NCBI GenBank assembly: GCA_965112155.1
Contig: OZ218109.1
Length of the DNA: 64,000 nt
From: Podarcis liolepis
Taxonomy: Eukaryota
Strand: one strand, 5' to 3'
Position 1 is the first letter of the stretch, and every line of letters begins with the position of its first letter. Under the pieces are notes generated by a model, which searched no databases, had not been told where the DNA came from, and saw nothing but the letters and a program-made list of their open reading frames with translations. Both the position numbers and the translations under genes were made by a program. Of this stretch, positions 24,169 through 37,025 are shown piece by piece.

Positions 24169-25628
24169 ACAGACACATAGCTCAGGGGTGGAGGACCACG
24201 TTTTGCAAGCTGAAGATCATGCTAAAGATGGAGCAGAATTTTGGAACTGGGGAGGGCAGTCCTAAATGAATTCCTCCAGTTCTGAAAAGCTGAAGCTATT
24301 ACAAGCAGAGCCAAACTCTCTCCTGAACCTCAGCTCAACTTGTAATTAAATCTTTGGGTTCACATCTTCTCCATTCCCCTACTCCTTCACACTTGGGAAA
24401 GGGTCAAATAAATAGCTCCCACCTTCTCTCTTTAGAACTAACCACAGTTACCCGTGACATCCAAACTCAGGGAACTGTGGTTTGTTCTATAGCTAGTTAA
24501 CTAAACCAAGCCCTGAGTACAGACCTCTTCTTTGCTTCACTTGAAATAACTATTCTCTTCTAGAACCAGGTAAAGACCACCACCAAGGGATAAATCATGC
24601 AAGGGAGGCATCTGCCTGCCAGATTGAATGGCTAGCCTGGAAATCTGTGGCTAAGTCAGAATTAGCTCACTAGTTTGGGACCGCTTTGCATTTGCTATTT
24701 TAAACTGCTACAAACCAAATTGCTTTTATGGTTTTAAAGTTAAGACTTCAGAGGCATGGTAAACATTTCCGAGGTTAGACAACAGACTAATCTGTGGAAA
24801 TGGTTTTTCGCTTTCCGAAGAAGCTTCTTAAATGGTCCCATAGCCACAGAAAGTTCTTTTTCTAAAAAGAAAAAGAAAAAGAAAAAGCAGGAAGGTGGTT
24901 GCATAATTTTACTAATGTGCTCAATATTGCATCTGAACCACAGGCTTGCGCTCTCTCTCTCGCTCTCTCTATATATATATATATATTCAGAAGCACCATT
25001 ATGAAAATGGTCTATTTATCACTGTCAGTTTTACAAGAATAAGCCACTCTTGGTCCTAAAGTGAGCATTTAGGAGGCTTACTTAAAGGCTGTGCAGCAGC
25101 TTACAAAGTAATAGCATATTCGACTTCTGGGACCTGTGGGGGGAGGAATTTGTGGTTAGGAATGAGGCACGGCTGGACAAGTGACTGTTGCTGGAGACAC
25201 AAGCTGTTATGATGGCTGTTTCTAGATTAAATGCATGACGTATTTACAGCTCAAAAGCAATTATCTCTACCTCATATAATCATTACCGGCACAATAAATT
25301 CTTATTCATGATGTAAGAAATATGGAATTAGCTACTAGGCAAGGAAAGTGGCAGTCACCCTGATGGTCAAACTGGGAGCAATGCAGATCCCTACTGCCTG
25401 CCACCAGGGCTACTGGTCAGAGGGCAGGACCTGCTGGTTTTATCAAGTTTGTACCCTATTAGTATAACTCATATATTTCTAAGTCCAGCTTGTTCTCTCT
25501 CTCTCTCTCTCCTTCCTTTTATTTATTTGCTTTTAGCACTAAGAAAGGCACAAGCTTGTGCACAATAAACAACATATTATTTACTTAACAAGATAATAGG
25601 ATGGATCCAGACTTAGTCATACTTAGTT

Positions 25629-25790
25629 CCCATGTTTAGGGAAGTTTTTAATGTTTGAAGTTTTATTCTGTTTAATATTTTGTTGGGAGCTGCCCAGAGT
25701 GGCCGGGGAAACCCAGCCAGATGGGCAGGCTATAAATAAAGTAGTAGTGGTAGTAGTAGTAGTAGTAGTAGTAGTAATAGTAGTAGTAGT
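25629..25790 (+). mobile_element. L2-type 3' end with (TAG)n tail
   Basis: tgtttagggaagtttttaatg..cccagagtggccggggaaacccagccagatggg followed by (gta)n. Confidence 0.75.
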
Positions 25791-26229
25791 GAACCCATCA
25801 AAATCTATGGCACTTAAGTTAATCATCAATAACTTCAGTCCCACTGACTTCAGTGGGTCTATTCTAAGTCAGAATCCAACCCGGTAAACAGGGTCACAAG
25901 TGTATCTCCTCTATATCACATAGCCATATATAAGCACGTCAAGGACAAAGGACGCATAGAGTTGAAAAACTGCCAAGGGTTTTCCCTAGAAGTGGACAAG
26001 ATGCATCCATTGAATGCACCCCTATAGATTGCCAATAGGCAGGATGAGCAAATATGGGCCACAGAGGAAGGGCTCCCATTTCTCATTTGGGTCTTTTGAA
26101 GCTGCCACACAAGACTAAGAGGCCACAGTGACGAAGGACGCGGGAGAGACTCAAATCTTACCTGTCCTTCAGCTGTCACATGACACACACTCATCCAGAC
26201 AAAAGCCATATCATCTTGCTCTGCCTTAC

Positions 26230-27044
26230 CTGGTCTCATTCTCTTTGGGTATCACTGCTGATCCATAGCCAAAAGCTTTCTTGTCAGGTACCGAAGGGAC
26301 TACCTCAGCCATGCCGGGTAAGCCCATGACATTTCGTGGTTTTGCTTCTACGAACACAGGTGTCCCTGGGTCTTTCTTAAGGGACTGGCGACCTGGAGAC
26401 GACCTCTCAAGGTGAATGGTGTGAGGAGACACTTGGGAGTTGTGATGGGCATGAATGTCTACCATCCGAACATCAGCTACTCTGTGAGGGGAGGCAGGAG
26501 GAGTTTTGGAGCCCAGAGTCGGCAAGTGGCTGTCAGGGTACTTCCTTGATTTTTGCCGGTACAGCGACTGCTCCATGATCTCAGGCTGCATAGGAGGGTT
26601 ACAGTAAGTGCTTGAAGACCTCATGGTGCTACGATGGTAAGCAATGATGTGGTCAGGAACGTCCAGAGGGTGCCCTGCATGTGAACCTGCGATGCTCATC
26701 CTGCCCTCGTGGTACAAGTAAGGGTCGGCGTACAGCCCCTCGTTCCGAAAAAGAGTAAGAGTTTTGCTGCCCATGTCCTCGTCAGGCTTCACATCCCTTC
26801 TTTCCAAAATGGCACTGGGGCTCGGTGAGATGGATCTCGAGGCTGGCATGTTTGAGAGCCTGTCCCTGGGAATGGTGGCATTGCCAGGGCCGCCGACTGG
26901 CCTGGCAGTGCCATAGGGGATCCTGGATGGGGAAGGAGGCATGGAGTGGGGCACTGGCGTAGCCGGTGGAGAGATTGGCAGTGCATGAGGGGGATGCGCA
27001 GTGGATCCTGGCCGAGAAGAATTCGAGAAGATTTCTCTCTGCAT
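26230..27044 (-). CDS. KIAA1217: KIAA1217/SKT coding exon (815 nt, phase 0 to 2): MQREIFSNSSRPGSTAHPPHAL...SPSPSAILERRDVKPDED...IPKENET(R)
   Basis: ORF 26226-27065 carries motifs recognised from KIAA1217/SRCIN1 (SPSPSAILERRDVKPDED, YADPYLYHEGRMSI, LYRQKSRKYPDSHLPTLGSKTPPASPHR). Acceptor ttacag|ATG, donor AG|gtaagg. Confidence 0.96.
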
Positions 27045-27381
27045 CTGTAACACAAAGAAATCCACTTAAGAGGCATGCTTCTGGGTTATCCTAGGCAAGG
27101 ATGCAGTGACACAAAATTAAAAATAAAATTTCGAAAGTGAAAATCCTTACCTATACTTTATCTAACTCTAGAGGTATAGGCAGAATAACATACAATATTC
27201 AACAATACTAAAGAGCCTTCCCCAGATGAGAGATCATTATTTGTATACACACACACTAATTCATAATTATCCCCAGTGCTTTTTTTCCTAGATGGAGTGT
27301 GGTTCTGGTACCTCACAGATGGGCACCATTGCGGGCCAGCAACTTACTTTAACTACTTCATCGTGAGTTCCGGAACTTATT

Positions 27382-27600
27382 ATAGTGCTTCAGGTTACAT
27401 ACGCTTCAGGTTACAGACTCCGCTAACCCAAAAATATTACCTCAAGTTAAGAACTTTGCTTCAGAATGAGAACAGAAATCGTGCTCTGGCGGCGCGGCGG
27501 CAGCGGGACGCCCCATTAGCTAAAGTGGTGCTTCAGGTTAAGAACAGTTTCAAGAACGAACCTCCAGAACGAATTAAGTACTTAACCCAAGGTACCACTG
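27382..27600 (+). mobile_element. Tigger/pogo-like MITE (same family as 53830 and 60731)
   Basis: Shared ccccattagctaaagtggt..ggttaagaacagtttca; right TIR ggtaccactg|ta. Confidence 0.75.
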
Positions 27601-28639
27601 TATTCTTGGAGGGGGGGCAGCACTGATTATATCAACATTATTCTAATTTCGCATAACCATTTTGGGGCGTTCTACCTAAACAAAATGCACACATGAAGCA
27701 ACTTTTGGCACCATCTGCTACAGTTTTGAGAGACAAGACGTATGAACAAGTGGAGGTAGAAGGAGGGGGGGGATTTGTGCTCCTCCTTTGCAATGTAGAA
27801 AAATGAAGCAAATGTTGAATCTAAAGGTGAATCCCAGATATGACATCATAAAATGATCCATGTTTGGAACAAGGCTTCGTATGAAAAGGCCAGTTAAGTT
27901 GGGGGTGACCTGCATCTAGACATGTGGTCAAAATCTTTGCCCATTAAACCTTCCCAGCAAGATAAACAGCAGCCAGATACACCCCATGTGGTTACGTTGA
28001 AGGTGATATGGGTAGAATGGCACTTCTTTATGGGGTGTAAAAGTGGACACTGACTGCCCTACAGCTGTTCCTCTGGTGCAACAGCCACCACCAAAATAAG
28101 ATGTATAGTTTGCACATCCTGCAAACATGGTGCCCCACTGAATATATCTGGTATGAGCTTCAAAGCATCTGCACAATTACACTGAGCTCAAATGCCTCCG
28201 ACAGCCATGGAACTTAGGAGGTGCCAAGTGTTAGATGGTGACCTTAACTAGGAAAGACCATCTTTCCACAATTTAGGCACAGGCAGAGGATGTTACCCAC
28301 TGAGTAGCCATCACAAGGTGCTCTGCATTGCTACCAAAACAAAGGGCTGAGTTCTCTCCCTTCCCCACCTACGAGTTTGTTTTTCACTGTTTTGTCAATT
28401 CCCAAGCCAGGATATACATAACACCGGCTCCTATTACACCCATCTCCACAGCTGGGAGTTTGCAGAGGCCTCTTTTTTGTGACCAGAGGTCAAAGAGAGG
28501 GTTTGTATCCTTAGGCACCAGAAGAAGGGGAAGGCAAGTAGCCAAGCAACTTCAAAAAGTAAGTAGGAAAATAAGGCGTGGCAGGAGGTGCAGGAGATTA
28601 AAAAAAAAGTGGAAAAGCAAAACAAATCAGTCTACCAAG

Positions 28640-28641
<2 letters not shown>

Positions 28642-28674
<33 letters not shown>
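28642..28674. repeat. (CA)n microsatellite
   Basis: Direct inspection. Confidence 0.95.
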
Positions 28675-28675
<1 letters not shown>

Positions 28676-29168
28676 GTCTATAACTTATAGTCTTTTCACA
28701 CATTATGTAATGTAAGCCTTCGGTTTCCCACTGAAACTACAAATTGCCTTATGTGCTTTCCCCTCCCCAGCTCCCTTCTGGCCCAACCATAAGGAGAACG
28801 GAAGATTTCATTTCTATTTTCAATTAACCACAGTTTAGTGTGTCTTCCAAACATTGTTAATGTTAATGTTAACATTGTTAATGTTAAGCATAGTTTAAAC
28901 AACCTAACTTCACAGCACAATGGTTTGAAGTTGCATTGTTTCAAGCAAACCGTAGTTAAGATTAACCCCCGTTTGTCATGTACAGATGACACAATAAGCT
29001 GCAGCTTATTTATTCCTTCTAAACTAGAAGGAAAGGATTCTGAACTCTTCCTCACTGCTGTGCCACAGGAAGAAGGGGCATGGCTGACCGACTCATTTTT
29101 GCCATTATAAACTATGGTTTAGAGTGAGGTCTGAATCTGGCCACTCTATGTGCTGCTTCATGGGTGAT

Positions 29169-29450
29169 GGGGTGGTGTATGGGATGTTAGAGGAGGAGGA
29201 GGAGTACCTCTGGTGGGGTACACACCATGCTCCTTTGGGGTAGTTTATCCACCTTTTGTTCCCACTCTGCATTCAGCTTTCACCTGCAGCTTCTAGAAGC
29301 TGTCAGCATGCGACAGCGGCAGCCACATCCTGGGAACAGCTTCGACTGGGTGGCTAAACCAGGTGAGGGTAACCTATAGGTCTCAAACCCTTGGTGAGTT
29401 GGGGACTTCCCCTGCATGCGAAGACAGGCTCCAGTGGTTTGAGTGGATTG
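29169..29450 (+). mobile_element. 5' leader of an RTE-clade non-LTR retrotransposon (3'-truncated), containing an HDV-like ribozyme fold
   Basis: Starts ggggt..gtatgggatgttag and contains ggctaaaccaggtgagggt..ggtctcaaacccttggtgagtt, resembling amniote RTE 5' UTRs (from memory). Base-pairing elements are visible directly. Confidence 0.6.
29181..29369 (+). ncRNA. Putative, probably decayed, HDV-like self-cleaving ribozyme
   Basis: P1 gggatgt (29181-87) / acatcct (29325-31) followed by GGG. P2 ctttcacctg (29277-86) / caggtgaggg (29360-69). UUCG-capped P4. J4/2 ggCtaa. Confidence 0.45.
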
Positions 29451-29853
29451 TACCAATAGATGCTCTACCACTGAGCTACAACAGAACATGGCTGCTCTCC
29501 TGATTCACCCAAGACAACATGAGTGAAGGGACTTCTGGGAAGACACTGGCAAGCAGTGCACCTGCTATGAAGTTATGGCTGATCCCAGCTTCCCAGACTA
29601 AGAAACAAGCAGAGGAGTATGTGGGTGTTTCCAACTGCTTCCCATGAAGAAGTGTTTTTCTCCTAAGAATTTCATCTTGTGTGAAATCACGCTAGCCAGA
29701 TGACCAGCAAATCTGCAGCCCAATCACATGCAGAGGGTGCTTCCTTTTACGCACTTCTAACTGCGTATGTCATGTAGCTCTTCCTGTTGAACCTCTTTGG
29801 GCATTTAGTACAAGTGGCCTCCCTATTTATATTCTATATGATACACACATGCG

Positions 29854-29887
<34 letters not shown>

Positions 29888-32800
29888 GGCATTTTATTAA
29901 CAGTAGCTTACATTTTAATTTTATTATTCCATTGCTTTTTAAAAACAGTGTATGCCTGCATCCCTAACCAACTCCTACATCTGCATATTTGGGTCAGGTA
30001 CTGCTCTTACATACATTCCTTAACACAAATAAATTGAGTGCCCCTGCTGCACTGAATATCCCACCAGGAAAGCAAATCACCACAATTTATCATCATATTG
30101 AAACAACTTCATTTCATATCAAAATTCAAGTAATCTGTAAATTGCAAGACACAGAAGAGCACCCCACCTCTCTTATTGCCTTAAAAAGGCAGCAGTACAT
30201 TATTTTTTATTATCTCCCAAGTCCACAAAAGGAACTCTCGCCTCCAAATATTCCCCTCAGACACAAATCTTTTAAACCATGCTTAGCTATTATCTCACAA
30301 ATCCTTCCGTTATTAGATGCTGATAAACCAATATTAAAAGAAAAAAGCATGCAGGCAACATTTCAAGCCAAATATTGATGTTTGTCACTCCAAAGTTTCC
30401 TCCTTTCCAAATAATAAAAGTCACTTACATTAATTTAATTAGCTCTACTGGCAGAGCAATGAGATGGTTAGTCTGCATTCCACACGCTACTGCTCTTTTT
30501 TTGCTTTCCAAATTTTAAAGATTCAGTCTAGAATGAGATTTTTAAAATATGTATATAATATATCCTTCTTGGAAAAGGTTCTTGTGTGTTAAGAAAGCTC
30601 TTCAGTCTCGCGGCTCACATGCAGCGTGGGCCATTCTTGCTCTACTTGATTCTCTAAACAACATTGCTTCAATAGGCTAAAGTACTTTTCCACATGACAA
30701 ACCTTCAGTTTCTCCTCCCTCTAGAAATTAGTCACTAAATACCCCTCCCTTGTCATGTCATCCAGACACAAACTGTGCAACATACCAGATTGCGCATGAG
30801 CCAGTGAATTAAGAACACGTATTAAAATGCACAGATGATACCAACTTGGAAGAGTCTATTCTTTCCAAGGAGAGGAAGCAGGGAACAACCACAAGACTTT
30901 GTTTTGGAAAGAAAAGAGAGGGGTGGGGGTGGAGAGAAAAACCAATGGGAAATAGCCCTGTAATTGACTGCAGAAAAAGGACAAGATCTTAAACTGCTTA
31001 TGTTTTAACAAGGACAAGATGCTGGAAGTGTGAACCAAAAGCCCACAGCCTGTTTATCAGAGCAACTTAAAAACCACACACATTATGCAGAGCCTGGTTC
31101 ACTTGCAACCATTAAATGGATGAAATGGGAGACTGTCTTTAGCTGCACCTGGGCAACCCAGGAGCCTGTCTACTAATTAACTAGTTACCTTTGCTACTTT
31201 GCCAAGTTGGACTTTGGGCAGCCGTCATAAATCAATTCCGTTGCTATCCGCAGAACATTACACATGCAATTAAGTTGGGCTGGAGGGGAAGTAAAATAAA
31301 AATGAAGGCGTAAAGCGTTTGTTTAGAACAAAAGCTGGGTAAGCTGCTTCTTACATGTGGAAACCGATAAAGGTGAAAGTGCTTGCACTAGGTATACGTA
31401 CACAGAGAAACACTGAATCATAACCCACCTGCAGAACTTATCGCCACAAGAACTGCACATTTAGTGTAAATGCACTGAATGTTAGATGATGAGGTGAATT
31501 TGCACTCCTGAACAGAGAGCAGCACTATGGAGGATGGGCTTATCTCTGGTAAACAGTCACTGAGACACAAAAAGCAAAACCTCTTGTTTTCAAGGCTCCC
31601 ATATGCAGATTGCCAGATGTTGGGAATTAGCAACAGGAGGGCTATCACAACTGTGCCCTGCTTCTGAACCTCCCAGAAGCAGCTGGCCGGTCAGTGTTAA
31701 CAGCCAAAATGCTGACTTCAATGAACTGGTGGTCCAACCACCTCAGCATAGTAATTATTACATCTTCATTGGCTCGTTGAAGCATTTTTGGCAATTTCAT
31801 TAGAGGCAGGAAGTTTGCATTAGTAACACATTACACCAGTTTGATTCTCCATGCGTTGTTCATTTAAAATGACACTGCCTGCTATTTTAGAATGGGAGGT
31901 TATTCTCCTATTTCCATCACAGAGTTACAATTTCCAGGCTGGTTTATCAATCAATCAATCCCTTTTCCCAATGAATTATGGGAATTATAGCTCTGTGAGG
32001 AGAATAGGGGTGTCTCCTAACAATTCTCAGCACCTTTTAGAAACTATAGTTCCCACGTTTCTTTGGGGGAAACCATGACTGTTTAAAATGGGTACTATAA
32101 GCATTCCTCTCCATCTCTTGAGCTACATTATCCTTCTGGCTACGTTTCTAACCATTATCGCCACTCAACGATTTCCACCTGCTTGACTCATGCATGCTCC
32201 CTTTCAGCCACTTCAGTTCCAGCCTGAGGTCACTGGGCCCACAGGAGCCAAACAGCAGTGATCCCAGCAAAGCTGAAACCCAAACCAAGTTGGAAAACAC
32301 TGGCCCTGCCTGTTTTATAACCTTGTTACCAATAACACATGCAGCTTAAGTTTGCACACACAGAGCTGTTTACACAAATACACCCATAGGGCTATGTCAC
32401 AATAAGGGACCCATTTCTTCATTGCTTTTCATCAGGACGATCCTGAATAACATACCTGAAGATGAGCCAAGCTTCACTGCAGGAGGGAAGCCGCTGTTCG
32501 AATTTTACAGCTGCATGAGCACTGTATGGGAATGAGAGTTAAGTGGCTCAGCTAAGGTGAATAACGCCCTGCAGCTCATTTGGGACCAGTATTTGTGCTG
32601 AGTTAGATGCACACTGGTGAAGTGGTGGAGGTGGGCATGCCAAGGCCAATACATGGGGTGGGGTGGGCTGCCCAGCCAAGCCGCTTCTTTTCCATGGGTG
32701 TAAATTGAGTCTGGTCTGATTTAGAATGAAATAATCCCACTTCTTTCCCTCTTTCACACACTGAGCACCAAGACCACTCTGGGTCTATGAGATTGTGACC

Positions 32801-33045
32801 TGCAGGAACTGCAAAGAAGGCAACCTGTGCACCGTCACCCAGCTCTTGCCGAAGCAAGAAGACCAGGGAGACCTATAAGACCAGCAAGCAAGCCCTTGTA
32901 CACCAACAGATCAGATGGAACTCTCAGAGCCTGACCCATAAATAGACTCATTGGCTTGAGCGATGAGAAGTTTTCTCAGACCCCTTTGGTGATGGGCATA
33001 GCCAGTCTTCACTGTCAGACCTACAGCTGATGAGTATGGCAGAAA

Positions 33046-33200
33046 GGTCATTGGTAGAGCACCTGTTTTGCGTGCAAGAGGTCTCAGGTTCAACCTCTGG
33101 CATCTGCAGCTAGGGCTGAGAATGTCTCCTGACTAACCCTGCAAAGCAGAGAAAGATGGACCAATGGTTTGGTTCAAGGCAGCTTCCAGAGCTGCTCCTA
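33046..33200 (+). mobile_element. tRNA-derived squamate SINE (Squam2-like), diverged
   Basis: ggtagagcacctgttttgcgtgcaag..ggttcaacc..tagggctg..gatggaccaatgg..aaggcagcttcc. Confidence 0.65.
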
Positions 33201-33282
33201 AGCTTCTGAATAATATTGTTATGAGTTAGTGGGTAATTCCTGGATATAAGTAAGTGTTAGAATTCAGCCAGTGCTTGGAGTA

Positions 33283-33571
33283 CAGTGGTGCCTCGCAAGA
33301 CGAAATTAATCCGTTCCGCGAGTCTCTTCGTCTTGCGGTTTTTTCGTCTTGTGAAGCACAGCTATTAGCGGCTTAGCGGCTATTAGCGGCTATTAGCGGC
33401 TTAGTGGCTTTAAGAAAAAGGAAACAAACTCGCAAGAACTCGCAAGACGTTTCATCTTGCGAAGCAAGCCCATAGGGAAATTCGTCTTGTGGAACGACTC
33501 AAAAAACAGAAAACTCTTTCGTCTTGCGTGTTTTTCGTCTTGCGAGGCATTCGTCTTGCGAGATACCACTG
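33283..33571. mobile_element. Tigger/pogo-like MITE with internal gctattagcg tandem repeats
   Basis: ta|cagtggtgcctcgcaagacgaa..ttcgtcttgcgagataccactg|ta. Confidence 0.85.
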
Positions 33572-35003
33572 TATTAATATGGGCTGCTAGATGCTGGACT
33601 TTGCATGTTAAAATACAGGTCAAACCAGCTTCCCATGTCTAGTAATCACCTGGGGAGACGGACTATTAAAAGAGGACAAAGGAAGCAAAGCACAGAGCAA
33701 AGACTCTGTGCCAGCCAGCAAATGGGGGGGGGGAGCAGCACCCCTCCCCAAGCTCTGAGATCGCTAGTCAGAAAACAATGCCAGAGTTTTTGTTAGAAGG
33801 AAGTTTTAGGATCATCAGTTGGCTGTGATGTGACTGAGGGGAAAAAGGACTCCATCTGTTAAGTAGCAGCAAGTTGAAAAGTGGGTGGTCAGGGTACAAC
33901 GTAGGCAGACAGTTTGAATCCAAGGCTGCAGGAATGAGAGAAACAGAACCCTCTTGGAGTGTAATGCTTTGAACCCCTCCATGGTAAGCTCAGGTTGTAC
34001 ACATGTGTAAATAAGCCGTACATCATAAAGACACCACAGTCTCCGCTGTGGCTCATTTGCAAAGGAAACGCAGACCCTGGGTAAGCGATTGGAACTCCCT
34101 GCCATCTTGCCCTGCTGTGGAGATTGGGGGTGGCGTGTATTCTGCACTGAATAAGCCTTGGTCATTGTTTAAGCAGCAGACACACCAGTGTTGCTTCCCT
34201 CCCTTGCCTATGCCCAAATGCACAATTGATGTACACTCAAACACACACAATCTGCAAGTATTCTGAGGAGAATGGCTGAAGGGTCAAGAGCCCAGTCCCA
34301 AAATATCAGCATGTGTGGTGCTGTCTCCATGGAAACTGGACTGTGGATGTCACTAGCCTCCTTCACTGTGTTTTTGCCCTGGCATAACAGAGGGGCCAGG
34401 CCAGGCCAGATCAGATTCTTTGTGCAAACATATGCAGGTCAAGCTTTAGAGTGCCAGTACACAGATCGTAACATGAAAAACATAAGGGAAAGCAAGAACC
34501 CTGATGCTAAATCATGTACGTTGTATATGCAATGCGGTGAAAGAGTAGGCCTCAGGCATGAACGCACATACTCCAATTGCATGCATGGGGCCTTAAATAC
34601 GAACCAGGGCTACATGTACAAATTAAGCAAGCTAACCATGACTCACCTTGTAATTGTTTGCATTGTTCAAAGCTTGTACAGAGAACTCTTGGCAAAGTTA
34701 GGGGACTTTCCAGACTAAAAAGCTCAGAAAGGGTGCCGAGACCAGGAAAATACCCTGCTGGTTTCCATCCTTCTCAAAACATATCTTGGCAAGGGTTTAG
34801 AGTAAGATTGTTAGTAGGAGACAAGATGCAGAGACAATGGCAGTACAATTTGGAGCATAATTTGCTCCAAATAATCCTCTTCTTTTTTGTGTGGCCACCA
34901 TTTCCAAACTGGCCAACATGCCCCAGAATGGCACTCTGTCTGGGACACTGTAGAGGCTGCAAAATGGTGGCCAGGTTGCCAACACAGCTGCTGCAGCAAA
35001 ATA

Positions 35004-35052
<49 letters not shown>
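35004..35052. repeat. (AAT)n microsatellite
   Basis: Direct inspection. Confidence 0.95.
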
Positions 35053-35056
<4 letters not shown>

Positions 35057-36976
35057 TTAATGTGGGCAGCAGGGAACATGGGAGAAGGAAGCTGAACTAC
35101 TGCCACTGCTAATGGTGAGCCACATTCCTGCCAATCTGTTGGAAGCCTCTTTCTGCCACCCCTAGAGAAAGTCAGTGGAATCCTCCCTCCTCCCCACTAT
35201 TTATTTGCCAATAAATGGGTGGGGAATTCAACTGAACGTTTGCACGCCGCTCTAGAAACAAGGCAGGCTAGCTCCCAGTGCATCAAGGCCAATGGAGGGG
35301 GAAAGAGATTGAGAGAGAGAGAGAGAGAGAGAGCGCTTCAAGGCTGGCACTCAGAAATGTTTCGTATCATTTATAGAATTAAACTTGCTTTATTGTTTTT
35401 CTTCTTTAAAAAAAATATTTTGATACAGCAGTATAAATAATGCATGAGCTGATGACTGGCTGTAATTCAATCTCACGGTTCTGATAATACATACAAACCA
35501 CTCAAGCGTCACCCACCATTTTAATTACTTTATCGGGAGCCCTCAAGCTCTGTCTATCTTGCCCTGCAATATCCTGAATTTAATTAATTCCTATTAACTA
35601 GTTTTGAATGCTCTAATACTGAAACCAGGTCTTCTCCCTCTTTGCCTTCCGGCTTGACACACATAGTCCAAAGTGGGAGGACAGGGCACCGTTCTGGATG
35701 GCTGTCAAGGCCTCGGGGGCTGTGAGGAATAGGCCAGTTGGGGAATAACATTAAGTCCGCAGAAATGAGATTCAACCCTGAGCACTTCGTATTTGCTGGC
35801 CTGTTCTAATTCTCCCTTCTCTGCAAATATCTCCATTAATTTCCTGGATGCACCGCAGACTTCAAACTCACTTGTTTCCGCTTCCACTAGCCTGTGAAGA
35901 GGGGGAGGGAGAAGGGTTCGCAGCACAAGGGAAGTAATGGAGAGTTGTTGAGGAAGGAGAAATGACAGCGGTGGAGGCTTTAATCTGCTTCTTGGACATA
36001 TGAAGAGGCTGATAAGCTGCTCATGGTCTCAGCAACTTTGGCCAACCGTGACCTATTGCAGAGCTTGGGTATTTTAAAGTGCTAAAAGCCCCAAGGACTG
36101 TGTGCCAGTAGGGGAAAACAAACAGAAATATGTCATGGGCAATTGGCACCATGGTTATGGCATCAGTTACTTTTGAAATTGCACAGGAGTTTCCTTGTTG
36201 TCGAGTTAAACTTGTCCGAGTAAGGACTTTAGGAAACATAGCGAGGATGGCTTTGAAGATCTCAGTACTTTTCCACTAGCTCAGAAGTATTAAACAGAGA
36301 CACCACACATGTGTGAGAGACACACAGAGATGGAGGCATGGTGGTTCTTTAGTGTGACAGCAGGACTAGGCTGTTCCTTTTCTCCACCTTCAATGACATC
36401 ATTTTGTGCTCCACACACAGCACTGCATTGTTAAAGAATGGGCCACGCAGTTCAGTGCTGCCCCATGAAATATTGCTATAACCATTCATCCAGGATGGAC
36501 ATGGCACAGGACACAACGCACAACAAGAAGATGCTGAATCACGTTGTTCATTTTCATGGATGCGATGCTGCCCATCTTGAGCTTAGCCCATGCAAAAGTG
36601 GGTTTTGGTGGCAACCCAATTGCTCACTGCACATTAATTAAGCACCTAAACTATTAGATGTTCTTCTGTTTTTATTTATTTTAAAGCAAGCCCTGTCCTT
36701 GGGCTCAGAATCTAATCAATGGAGCTCAAAATTTGATACCTGCAAAAGGGGAAGCGGGAGAGCAAACAAGGTACTCTATTACGTTCTGGGCTCAGTTAAT
36801 AATAAAGTTTTCTTCTTCGTACACTCATGAATATGTATCTTAAACAGCACAAGAGTCACTAGGGTGGAGTGGAGGGCGATTTATGATTTAAGGAGCAATA
36901 AAATTCCTTTTTTACTCTAGAGGTACACATCACGTATGGTCCATTATCATATATGTGTGTATAGCTAGATAGATAG

Positions 36977-36977
<1 letters not shown>

Positions 36978-37023
<46 letters not shown>
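36978..37023. repeat. (GT)n microsatellite at the L1 tail position
   Basis: Direct inspection. Confidence 0.95.

Positions 37024-37024
<1 letters not shown>

Positions 37025-37025
<1 letters not shown>

Noticed and set aside
33360-33410. Short tandem gctattagcg repeats as a CRISPR-like array
   Set aside because: No unique spacers, eukaryotic DNA, and the repeats are internal to a Tigger-like MITE.
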